DNA of 15,310 bases, from contig JAYZAC010000005.1 in assembly GCA_036339875.1 (NCBI GenBank), forward strand, positions 1-15,310, in the 5' to 3' direction. Position 1 is the first letter of the stretch. Every line of letters begins with the position of its first letter. The notes beneath the pieces were generated by a model, which worked only from the letters and a program-made list of their open reading frames with translations, did no database searches and was not told the DNA's origin. Source of the DNA: a bacterium. GTDB lineage: Bacteria; Muiribacteriota; UBA6191. The translations under genes were made by a program, and so were the position numbers. Below are positions 1-8,009 of this stretch, piece after piece.

Positions 1-1
1 G

Positions 2-787
2 ATAGATTATGTAAGAGGTTGGGCTTTAATCACAGGAGCTTCTGCGGGTATCGGAGCAGAGTTTGCACGACAGCTTGCTGGGGAAGGTTATGCATTGGTG
101 TTAGTAGCGCGCCGTTTGCAAAGACTTACAGAATTAAAACTTGAACTCGAAAAAAAAGTTCCAGTAAAAATATGTGCTCTTGATCTTAGTAAACCAGATT
201 CGGTGAGTCTTCTAGTGGACTTTTGTGAGAAGGAATCAATACAGGTAGATATTCTCATCAATAATGCAGGTTTTGGCTCTTGCGGAAAATTTCTGGACCT
301 TGATTTAGATCGAGAACTTGAAATGACTGATCTAAACATACGGGCTATGATGGAATTAAGTCATCGCTTTGGAAAATTAATGGTTCAGAGGGAGTCAGGT
401 AAAATTTTGATCGTAGCCTCTTGTGGTGGTTTTCAGCCTGGTCCGGGTATGAACACTTATTTTGCAACTAAGGCTTTTGATCTTCATTTTGCAGAGGCAT
501 TAGATGAGGAATTATTGGGAACTGGAGTGCGCTGCAGTGTGCTATGTCCAGGTCCAACTGCTACCGAGTTTTTCGATGTAGCTGGAGCCAAAAGTCTCAA
601 AGCGACTCCTATGCCCTCTATGAATGTTAAAGATGTAGTCGATTACACAATAAAAAAAATGAATCAAGGCCAGAGAATAATCATTCCCGGATTTCTTAAT
701 AAGTTGGCTGCCTTCTGCTATCGTTTTTTTCCAAGACCGCTGATAACAGGAATTTTGGGAAAAGTGTTATTGCATCGTAGTAAATAA
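2..787 (+). CDS. Short-chain dehydrogenase/reductase (SDR, DltE-like), 5'-partial
   Basis: The frame is open from base 2 (IDYVRGWALITGASAGIGAEFARQLA...), upstream of the ORF-track start at 95. It contains the Rossmann TGxxxGIG motif, NNAGFG and the catalytic YxxxK (YFATK). The true start lies at or before the window edge. Confidence 0.93.
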   Translation: MDYVRGWALITGASAGIGAEFARQLAGEGYALVLVARRLQRLTELKLELEKKVPVKICALDLSKPDSVSLLVDFCEKESIQVDILINNAGFGSCGKFLDLDLDRELEMTDLNIRAMMELSHRFGKLMVQRESGKILIVASCGGFQPGPGMNTYFATKAFDLHFAEALDEELLGTGVRCSVLCPGPTATEFFDVAGAKSLKATPMPSMNVKDVVDYTIKKMNQGQRIIIPGFLNKLAAFCYRFFPRPLITGILGKVLLHRSK

Positions 788-800
788 AAACTAAAAGGAT

Positions 801-840
801 TTCCAAGAACACTTGACGATATCGTAAAATCTCTAATAAT
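801..840 (+). promoter_or_regulatory. Putative sigma70 promoter with palindromic operator upstream of the nuclease
   Basis: TTCCAA(801-806)-N18-TAAAAT(825-830), or TTGACG(813-818)-N16-AATAAT(835-840). The near-perfect palindrome TTGACGATATCGTAAA lies at 813-828. Confidence 0.4.
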
Positions 841-876
841 CGGCTTGAATCTACTTAACGGTAAGGGAAATTTAAT

Positions 877-1746
877 ATGCGAGCAATGATTGGTTTGACT
901 CTTCTAATCGGAAGTCTTAGTTTTAGCGTAGCTACTTCAAATCGTGTACTAGCTCACGAATCTAGCTCGAGACAAATTTTTAATCAGATTCATAGTCAGA
1001 CCACAACGGTAATGCCGCAATCATATGATGGACTAAACGGAACGGCTTTATTTAGTAAGTTACATCGTATTACTGGTCAGAATTACAAGCAGAAGAATTA
1101 CGGTGAAGCTAAGCAGTATATGTATGACTTTGTAGATAACAAGTCTGGTAGGGTGCATACAGCTTATTCGGGCGTGGATGCGGCTAGAAGAGGACACCGC
1201 TATTTCGAGGAGGGAGATGCTAATCGAGATGGTACTCCAAATGATTTTGTAAATTGTGAGCATATTTGGCCACAAAGTAAATTTTCTAAACAGAAGCCAA
1301 TGGTAAGTGATATACATCAACTATTTTCTACCTTTTCTAAACCCAATGGTATGAGGGGTAGTTATGCATTCGGAGAGGTTGTTAATCCGAGATATACTAC
1401 TAAAGCGGGAGCTAGGCAGGGTGGAAACCTGTTTGAGCCACAAGATAATCTAAAAGGTAATGTGGCCCGTGCGATGCTGTATTTTATGGTCAGATATCAC
1501 AATCGTCCAATTTTCAGAAAAACTGACAAAGAGCATTTTTGGAATTCGAGAATTGCTATGTTTTTGAAATGGAATCGAGAAGACCCACCGGACGAATGGG
1601 AGCAATCTCGTAATGACCGAGTAGAACACTATCAAGGTAACCGAAACCCTTTTATCGACGAGCCAGATTTAGCTGATAGAATCGGTCGTGAGGCTTTTAT
1701 GCAGATTTACCGTCAGACTATGATTCGTCTATTTAATACCTATTAA
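877..1746 (+). CDS. Secreted endonuclease I family nuclease (EndA/NucM; Bsn-like extracellular nuclease)
   Basis: Hydrophobic N-terminal signal-like segment. Motifs: NCEHIWPQS, DIHQLF...NGMRG, KGNVARAMLYFMVRY, WNREDPPDEWE..RN, QGNRNPFID. SD-like AAGGGA upstream. Confidence 0.9.
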   Translation: MRAMIGLTLLIGSLSFSVATSNRVLAHESSSRQIFNQIHSQTTTVMPQSYDGLNGTALFSKLHRITGQNYKQKNYGEAKQYMYDFVDNKSGRVHTAYSGVDAARRGHRYFEEGDANRDGTPNDFVNCEHIWPQSKFSKQKPMVSDIHQLFSTFSKPNGMRGSYAFGEVVNPRYTTKAGARQGGNLFEPQDNLKGNVARAMLYFMVRYHNRPIFRKTDKEHFWNSRIAMFLKWNREDPPDEWEQSRNDRVEHYQGNRNPFIDEPDLADRIGREAFMQIYRQTMIRLFNTY

Positions 1747-2369
1747 GTGGAAAGAGGCTTCTGTTGCACATGATTGTGATCATTGATGCGTAACATTTTC
1801 ATCTGATCTCTTGTAATCTCTATTTCGGTTATTCCTGTATTCGTAATTTCCAACGGTGGTTTGGGAGAATTAGATCCCATTAATTTAGCCACAAATACTC
1901 GAATTACTCCGCCGTGGGTAACCAGCATCAAATTTTTTTCGGGCGAATTATCCACCAACCTCATAATCGTGGAGTTAAATCTTTCTAAAGCTTCGTGCCA
2001 AGACTCTCCTTCATGGTCCTTGAAAGTCCACCATTTCTGATGATATTCATTTGAATGTTTAGGAAAGTTGTCACTGATTTGATCCCAACGAAGACCCTCC
2101 CAATTGCCAAGATCGATTTCTTGTAAGCCAGGCTCTGTTTCAAGTTTGCATTCAATTGCTTGAGCAATGTATTCAGCAGTTTCAATAGCTCTTCCAAGAG
2201 TCGAAGAGATCAAGCGATCCACATTAATATGTTCTTTTTTCAGTCTACCAGCTAATCTCTGCGCCTGAATTATACCTAATTCAGACAGTGGGGAATTAGT
2301 TTGGCCTTGAAAAGTGCCGCTAGCGTTGCTCACTGTTTCCCCGTGACGAATCAAATAAAGCTTAGGCAC
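1743..2369 (-). CDS. Histidine phosphatase family protein (phosphoglycerate mutase/CobC/PhoE-like)
   Basis: Motifs LYLIRHGET, LGRA, QEIDLGNWEG, VTHGG. The start is re-assigned to GTG at 2369, 4 nt after the upstream redoxin stop, because the ORF-track start at 2465 overlaps that gene. Confidence 0.9.
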   Translation of the reverse strand: MPKLYLIRHGETVSNASGTFQGQTNSPLSELGIIQAQRLAGRLKKEHINVDRLISSTLGRAIETAEYIAQAIECKLETEPGLQEIDLGNWEGLRWDQISDNFPKHSNEYHQKWWTFKDHEGESWHEALERFNSTIMRLVDNSPEKNLMLVTHGGVIRVFVAKLMGSNSPKPPLEITNTGITEIEITRDQMKMLRINDHNHVQQKPLST

Positions 2370-2373
2370 AAAA

Positions 2374-2955
2374 CTATCCGAAGTATGTAGGTTCGTTACC
2401 AGGTTTCCACTTGATATTGCAGCCCGCGGCAGGAGTGGGATTAAAATCGATTTTACCGTTTTCAATAATCGATTGGATTGCTCGACTTAAATCATTTCCA
2501 GAAACTGCGATTTCATTGCCAGGTCGAGCAGAATCGTACTGCCCCATGTATTGTAGTTTGAAGTTTGAGTCGAAGATGAAAAAATCAGGAGTACAAGCGG
2601 CTTTGTAAGAATGTGCGACTGATTGGTCTTCATCGAATAGGTAGGCAAATGGGTAAGCAAAATTTTCGATATCTTGAGCCATTTTCTCCGGCGAATCATC
2701 CGGATACTTATTTACATCATTTGAGTTGATTGCAATGAAAGCTACATTTTGCTTCATCACTTCACGCGCAAAATCACTAATGTGTTTTTTTAGTAATTTT
2801 ACAAAGGGACAGTGATTTGACCAAAACATAATGACAGTAGCTTTACAGCCTTCAAAATCTTTCAAGCTTACTAATTTTCCACTCGGGTCAGGCAAGCTAA
2901 AAGTTGGAGCGGTATCTCCTATGTTAAGTATGAAAGTCGATGGTGTTAAAGCCAT
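2374..2955 (-). CDS. Thioredoxin-fold AhpC/TSA (peroxiredoxin-like 1) family protein
   Basis: Motifs IGDTAPTFSLPD, MFWSNHCPFV, INSND...YPDDSPEKM, YLFDEDQSVA..YKAACTPDFF, GCNIKWK. SD GGAG upstream. Confidence 0.9.
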   Translation of the reverse strand: MALTPSTFILNIGDTAPTFSLPDPSGKLVSLKDFEGCKATVIMFWSNHCPFVKLLKKHISDFAREVMKQNVAFIAINSNDVNKYPDDSPEKMAQDIENFAYPFAYLFDEDQSVAHSYKAACTPDFFIFDSNFKLQYMGQYDSARPGNEIAVSGNDLSRAIQSIIENGKIDFNPTPAAGCNIKWKPGNEPTYFG

Positions 2956-2986
2956 TAGAATCTCCAGATATAAGTTTTATTGGGGG

Positions 2987-3015
2987 AAGATAACGTTTTT
3001 TGACGCGCTAAACAA
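2987..3015 (-). promoter_or_regulatory. Putative internal sigma70 promoter for the redoxin and phosphatase genes
   Basis: Minus strand TTGTTT(3015-3010)-N17-TATCTT(2992-2987) in the 60-nt gap after the ATPase stop. Confidence 0.35.
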
Positions 3016-4725
3016 TCATTGAAATACTTTCAATGATCGTAACCTATTAAGTAGGGCTGAGATTTCTTGAATTCTTGGCATCGCTAGATCCCCAGGATGC
3101 TGTTCTTTACCCCATAATGTTCTCAGACCATTCGAAGTAAGTTCCATTTCCAATTCCTTAAAAATTTCCGAAAGACATTTATTCGATTGCTTTGCTCTAG
3201 AACGGATCCAGAGAACAGCAAATGCAGCAGCTCTCAATTGGCTAGAGTCTGTGAGTTGGTCTAGAGAACGCAGATCAATTTCATACTCACCAAAACGTAA
3301 AATTTTAGTTCCAATCAAGTCGAACTTGAATGAATACTTGCCTCGACGAGCATCTATAGTTTCAGGTGAAATATAACGTCTATTAATAGGTTGTAAAGGA
3401 GAGACGTTTTCTTTTTCTCGTTTATTTTTATAGGCTTCAGCAATTTTGGCTGCTTCTGCTGTCACGTTACGTAATTGATACTCTTCCATTTTAAGAACTA
3501 AATCTGCAACCTCGAGATAGTCACCGCAGCCCCCAATTACCAGAACTGTACTTGTGTTGTGATATTTATAAAAATCTTTGATTCTATCAATCCATGGAGT
3601 AATCGGTTCCCATTCTTTTTTAACCAAAGCTTGCATGCGCGCATCTCTAATTAAAAGATTTGTAGCACAGCTATCTTCATCCATAAGAAGTAATCTACTA
3701 CCGGATTCAATAGCCTCGATAATTGAGGCTGCTTGACTGGTTGACCCGCTAGCATCCTGACTGCTAAAGGAGCTTGTATCTCGATTACCTGGTATGTTTT
3801 GAATTAGTGGGCGTAAATCAACTCCAGATATAGCGCGACCTTCCTCAGCTTTAATTTGTAAACAGTCATTTTGTGTTATGACCAGTTCACGTCCATCGCT
3901 AGGGATATTGCAATAAATACCTTGCGCTAAGGCATGCAGCAAGGTACTTTTACCGTGGTAGCCTCCACCTGTAATAAGGTGAATTCCACTTGGTAAAAGC
4001 ATTCCAGTTATCTTATTCTTACCGTTATATTCATAGGGTAAATTAAACGTGCAAGTAAGATCTTCCGGACTTTTGAAAGGTATGAAGCCACTGCGCATAG
4101 GCTTTTGCTGATTTCCACTAATTCTGGGTAAGACCGATCCATTAGCAACAAAAGCAATAGCGGCAACTTTTTTAAGTTCTTCTCTTAGCCAAAGATCATT
4201 CAAATAACAATGAATGTGTTGAGTTAGCTGAAGTTCATCTTGACTTGAAATATCTAAAATATCTTTAATGAGTTGCGGTAGAATTTCACAAAGGAGCTTT
4301 ACACAATGTTTAGCTGCAATTCGTCTTCCATGCGCGGGTAAGCCAATTTCTATACAGAACCGCAGTTGTCGTTCATCAATTTGACAACTAGCTCGGTCAA
4401 TAATTTGCTGTCCACCACTATCGATGCGAATAAGACCGCTCTTGCCACTACCCATATCTTGTAGCTTTAATTTTGATATTTTTTTAGCAAAACGTCGCCC
4501 AAAAAAGTCACAGAGAGGAATTGATCTTTCCCTAACCAAATGTTTTTGAACAAAATTGACGAATTCATCTTTTGAAATTGTAACGATACATTTACTGGGT
4601 GCAGCAAATGGGTCTCCCTGCACATAATCTATTTCGAATTTGTATTGTTCGAAAAGAAACTCTTGTTTTAGCGATTTATAGTGAGGGTAAGGTTTTCGGT
4701 CAAGAGAAATGATTTGATGTCTCAT
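3016..4725 (-). CDS. ABC-class ATPase domain protein (PF09818 'ABC_ATPase'; MRB1590-like)
   Basis: Family hallmarks YVQGDPFAAPS, GSGKSG, GLPAHGRRI, FVANGSVLPRISG. Walker A GGGYHGKST, AEEGR, ASGSTSQAA, Walker B LLMDED, ATNLLIRD.RMQ. No transmembrane partner gene nearby. Confidence 0.9.
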   Translation of the reverse strand: MRHQIISLDRKPYPHYKSLKQEFLFEQYKFEIDYVQGDPFAAPSKCIVTISKDEFVNFVQKHLVRERSIPLCDFFGRRFAKKISKLKLQDMGSGKSGLIRIDSGGQQIIDRASCQIDERQLRFCIEIGLPAHGRRIAAKHCVKLLCEILPQLIKDILDISSQDELQLTQHIHCYLNDLWLREELKKVAAIAFVANGSVLPRISGNQQKPMRSGFIPFKSPEDLTCTFNLPYEYNGKNKITGMLLPSGIHLITGGGYHGKSTLLHALAQGIYCNIPSDGRELVITQNDCLQIKAEEGRAISGVDLRPLIQNIPGNRDTSSFSSQDASGSTSQAASIIEAIESGSRLLLMDEDSCATNLLIRDARMQALVKKEWEPITPWIDRIKDFYKYHNTSTVLVIGGCGDYLEVADLVLKMEEYQLRNVTAEAAKIAEAYKNKREKENVSPLQPINRRYISPETIDARRGKYSFKFDLIGTKILRFGEYEIDLRSLDQLTDSSQLRAAAFAVLWIRSRAKQSNKCLSEIFKELEMELTSNGLRTLWGKEQHPGDLAMPRIQEISALLNRLRSLKVFQ

Positions 4726-4729
4726 GAAC

Positions 4730-5164
4730 TCAAGTACGGTAAATTAACATAAAATGAGTATCGTTTTCGTCATAAATTTTGAAGCCCATTCGCATGAAAA
4801 GGTTGATTGCAGGATTAATTTGAAATGCTCTCAAAAATAGATTAATTTGTTCATAGCTGGCTCTGTGGATCAGATGTTTTAGGAGAGCGGTTCCGATACC
4901 CTGGTTATGATATTTTGGATAAATCTCGAGACTACGAATTTCCAGTAAACCAGGATGTTCTTTCAGGCGAATTGCTCCTACTGGCATTTCATCCAAAAGT
5001 ATCCAGAAATGATCCATGGTGCTAAATTTATCGCAAAACATGGCACGCTGACGGCCCTCATCCCAGCCGAAAACTTTATTTACGATTTCTGACATACTGA
5101 TAGAATGAAGTTCAAATAAAAGTTGTAAATCATTCAAGCTAACCGGTGCAAATTTAATTTTCAT
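4730..5164 (-). CDS. GNAT family N-acetyltransferase
   Basis: Acetyl-CoA binding motif A (IYPKYHNQGIGTALL) and motif B (NPAINLFMRMGF). Confidence 0.88.
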   Translation of the reverse strand: MKIKFAPVSLNDLQLLFELHSISMSEIVNKVFGWDEGRQRAMFCDKFSTMDHFWILLDEMPVGAIRLKEHPGLLEIRSLEIYPKYHNQGIGTALLKHLIHRASYEQINLFLRAFQINPAINLFMRMGFKIYDENDTHFMLIYRT

Positions 5165-5181
5165 ATAACAAATTCCGAGTG

Positions 5182-5580
5182 TCAGTTTTCATTAAGTTGT
5201 AGCTTTCTTACAAAAGGTATATCTGCCAACGCAAAACTTAGGTTGAGCATATTCGAGGGAGTTGTCCAGCATAGTAAATCATGATCTATTTTATTTACTT
5301 TTGGTTCTTGAGATATTAACTCACATTCAATGGCATGAAGTTCTATTAATTTATATTTTTGATGACTTATTGATTTATCAAAGTGTTGGCGAGCAAGAAT
5401 TCGGCACTGTAATTCTTCTAAGATTTCACGTTCAATACAATCAAACAATGATTCATCAGCTTCTAATTTACCTCCTGGAAACTCCCAATAGCCAGCAAGT
5501 CGATTGCCGCGAGCGCGTCGGGCACAGAGGAAAAATCCATTTCTTTTGATTAAGGCGCAAGTCACCACAATTTTCTGCAC
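5182..5580 (-). CDS. Nudix hydrolase, MutT/NudG-like (deoxy)nucleoside triphosphate pyrophosphohydrolase
   Basis: LAGYWEFPGGKLEADESLFDCIEREILEEL Nudix box, C-terminal ALADIP, GTG start. Confidence 0.9.
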   Translation of the reverse strand: MQKIVVTCALIKRNGFFLCARRARGNRLAGYWEFPGGKLEADESLFDCIEREILEELQCRILARQHFDKSISHQKYKLIELHAIECELISQEPKVNKIDHDLLCWTTPSNMLNLSFALADIPFVRKLQLNEN

Positions 5581-5653
5581 CTGAGTAGTTTATCAAATTT
5601 GATCTTTTTGTTTTAGCATCACACGGGTTAGAATTATTTAATAGGAGTGTTTT

Positions 5654-6094
5654 ATGCAGCCGAGCAAATTTGAATTTATTCTCATCGAAGGTTCTGCGGG
5701 AGCATCCTATGCCCTGCGTTTGGAGGGCAGTGTGTTGAAATATTTAAAGACACCTCCCGATCATAACGAACAGGGTTTTGGTTTGGATCGAATTCATAGA
5801 TTTACTCCATCCGAGGGTGAGCAGCGCGATCTTTTCATTACAGCTGACGATTGGAAGAGATTTTATCGTGAAATTGATGAACTGGACGTTTGGAGTTGGG
5901 AAGCTCATTATGATGATCCCAATGTAATGCAAGGTTTTCAGTGGAGTATCCACTTCACCTTTGAGGATAAGGAAATTCGTTGCGGTGGTGCCAACGCTTA
6001 TCCAGGAGAAAAAAGTCTTGGCTATTCGGCGGAATTCAAGAAATTATTGGCTGCGACAAATGAGTTACTTAGTTGTGTAGAGTTCGGTTCCTAA
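5654..6094 (+). CDS. Hypothetical protein (146 aa)
   Basis: Strong SD AGGAG at 5643-5647 and TAGAAT -10-like hexamer at 5629-5634. The ORF fills the gap between flanking genes and has a protein-like W..F...D..VW.W...Y.DP...G.QWS...GANAYP pattern. Confidence 0.8.
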   Translation: MQPSKFEFILIEGSAGASYALRLEGSVLKYLKTPPDHNEQGFGLDRIHRFTPSEGEQRDLFITADDWKRFYREIDELDVWSWEAHYDDPNVMQGFQWSIHFTFEDKEIRCGGANAYPGEKSLGYSAEFKKLLAATNELLSCVEFGS

Positions 6095-6113
6095 GTATTT
6101 CCCTTAATTTTAT

Positions 6114-7115
6114 CTAACCACCAATATGAAACATTTCGACTTTATGCTCTTTGGATTTGTCTGTTTGTTTTCTGAGTTCTGAATACTGGTCCTGCCGGTT
6201 AGCCCAAGTGGAGATAATTCTTTTACGAAGTTCTTCAGGACTCGCTTTTGCACGAAGTAAAGTTTTCAAATCGGTTCCCTGTGATGCAAAGAGACAGGTA
6301 TAAATCTTACCATCTGTAGATAATCTTGCTCTTGTACAGCTGCCACAAAATGGTTGAGTTACGGATGATATAAAGCCAAATTCAACTCCATTATCCAAGT
6401 AGCGATAGCGCGATGCGACTTCTCCAAAATAAGCGGGTTCGAGTGCTTCGACTTGATGTTGTGCCTGAATTTTTTCAAGTAGATGCTTGCTGGAGACCAC
6501 ATGTTGCATATCCCAATTGTTTTGATTGCCTACATCCATAAATTCAATAAAACGAACGATATACCCTCGTTCTTTGAAATAATTTGCAAGATCTAAAATC
6601 TTAAAACAATTCACTTTTTTCTGTACGACTGCATTTATTTTAATGGGATTGAGTCCAGCTTTATGAGCCTCTTCAATACCATCGAGCACCTTTTGAAGTC
6701 TGATATTTCGTCCCGACATGGTTTGAAACAACAGTGGATCGATAGTATCTAGGGATATGGTGATCCGATTAAGACCTGCATCCTTGAGGTCTTTAGCTTG
6801 GTCTTTCAGCAGGTATCCATTGGTCGTAAGAGAAATATCTTGGACTCCGTTAATCCTAGATAATCTATCAATTAATTCAGCCAGATTACGCCTTAGGAGA
6901 GGCTCTCCACCTGTAATTCGAAATTTGCGAACACCCTGTTCCACAAAGATTTTTGCTATTTTTTCAATTTCAGAAAAAGTTAATCTCTCTTCTGGTTCGA
7001 GAAAGTTATAAATTCGATCGGCTGGCATGCAATAGGTACATCGAAAATTACAGGTGTCTATCACCGAAATACGTAGATCTTGAATGGGTCTATTTAATTT
7101 ATCTTTTGTTTCCAT
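6114..7115 (-). CDS. moaA: GTP 3',8-cyclase (molybdenum cofactor biosynthesis protein A)
   Basis: DLRISVIDTCNFRCTYCMP (radical SAM CxxxCxxC), RITGGEPLLR, RFIEFM, FCGSCTRARL...C second cluster, C-terminal IGG. Confidence 0.97.
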   Translation of the reverse strand: METKDKLNRPIQDLRISVIDTCNFRCTYCMPADRIYNFLEPEERLTFSEIEKIAKIFVEQGVRKFRITGGEPLLRRNLAELIDRLSRINGVQDISLTTNGYLLKDQAKDLKDAGLNRITISLDTIDPLLFQTMSGRNIRLQKVLDGIEEAHKAGLNPIKINAVVQKKVNCFKILDLANYFKERGYIVRFIEFMDVGNQNNWDMQHVVSSKHLLEKIQAQHQVEALEPAYFGEVASRYRYLDNGVEFGFISSVTQPFCGSCTRARLSTDGKIYTCLFASQGTDLKTLLRAKASPEELRKRIISTWANRQDQYSELRKQTDKSKEHKVEMFHIGG

Positions 7116-7117
7116 GC

Positions 7118-7162
7118 TTGCAAGCTTGTTTCATTAGGGCTAAGCTGCCGGGGAGTATATCA
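7118..7162. promoter_or_regulatory. Overlapping divergent promoters for mutM (+) and moaA (-)
   Basis: Plus strand TTGCAA(7118-7123)-N17-TAAGCT(7141-7146). Minus strand extended -10 TGaTATACT (7162-7154). Confidence 0.45.
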
Positions 7163-7178
7163 TTTTCGAGGAGATTCA

Positions 7179-8009
7179 ATGCCTGAGTTACCTGAAGTTG
7201 AAACTGTTGTCAATGATCTTAAGACTTCCAATTTGATTGGATGTACTATCAAATCGTCATATGTTGGCTGGGCAAGAACAGTTAATACGCATACTATCGA
7301 CCAGTTTGAAGACAATATTAAAGGTCTCCGTTTTTTAGGAATCTATCGCAGGGCAAAATATATTGTTTTTCAAATGTCTCAAGAAAAACTACTTATCATT
7401 CATCTAAGAATGACTGGTCAGTTTTCTTTTCAGTCTCGGATACCAGATTGTAAACATACTCATGTTATTTTAGAACTAAATGATAACCGTTATCTGTGTT
7501 TCAAGGATACTCGTAAATTTGGTCGCTGGAGTCTGGTTGATAATTCTCATAAATTATTCTCTAAATTAGGTCCTGAGCCCTTAGACGAATCGATCAATGA
7601 TGAACAATTTTACCTCATGTGTAAATCTCGTCAGCGACAATTGAAACCGCTATTACTTGATCAGACTTTCATTGCAGGTTTAGGAAACATTTACGTTGAT
7701 GAGGCTCTATTTGATTGCGGTCTGCACCCATTAAGTTCAGCTCATCGATTGACCAGAGCAAAAACTAAGCAGCTCTTGATAAGTATCCGTAAAGTTTTGA
7801 GAAAAGGATTACGTAATATGGGTACCACCCTTGGAACTGGAGCTGCAAATTTTTACTCAGTCAGTCAAAGACAGGGGAATAATCAGGAAGAGTTATTAGT
7901 TTTTCGTCGAACAGGAATGCCATGTTATAAGTGTGGCGGGACTATTAAGCGGTTAATTGTTGGTCAGCGTAGCACTCACGTATGCACCCTCTGTCAAAAG
8001 AGGGTTTGA
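7179..8009 (+). CDS. mutM: Formamidopyrimidine-DNA glycosylase (Fpg)
   Basis: N-terminal MPELPEVET, RRAKY, HLRMTG, DTRKFG, H2TH GLGNIYVDEAL, C-terminal CxxC...CxxC zinc finger. SD GAGGAG. Confidence 0.97.
   Translation: MPELPEVETVVNDLKTSNLIGCTIKSSYVGWARTVNTHTIDQFEDNIKGLRFLGIYRRAKYIVFQMSQEKLLIIHLRMTGQFSFQSRIPDCKHTHVILELNDNRYLCFKDTRKFGRWSLVDNSHKLFSKLGPEPLDESINDEQFYLMCKSRQRQLKPLLLDQTFIAGLGNIYVDEALFDCGLHPLSSAHRLTRAKTKQLLISIRKVLRKGLRNMGTTLGTGAANFYSVSQRQGNNQEELLVFRRTGMPCYKCGGTIKRLIVGQRSTHVCTLCQKRV

Noticed and set aside
2370..2465. N-terminal extension of the histidine phosphatase in the ORF track
   Set aside because: It overlaps the redoxin gene. The RHG motif normally lies near the N-terminus, which fits a GTG start at 2369.
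5592..5603. FNR/Crp box
   Set aside because: The half-sites are in the reverse order and the spacing differs from TTGAT-N4-ATCAA.
7116..7178. Moco riboswitch upstream of moaA
   Set aside because: Only 63 nt are available, shared with mutM signals, and there is no multi-stem architecture.
7982..8008. Upstream ATG for thpR
   Set aside because: It lies inside the mutM zinc finger. The family-typical MKRVFIG start at 8009 is coupled by TGATG.
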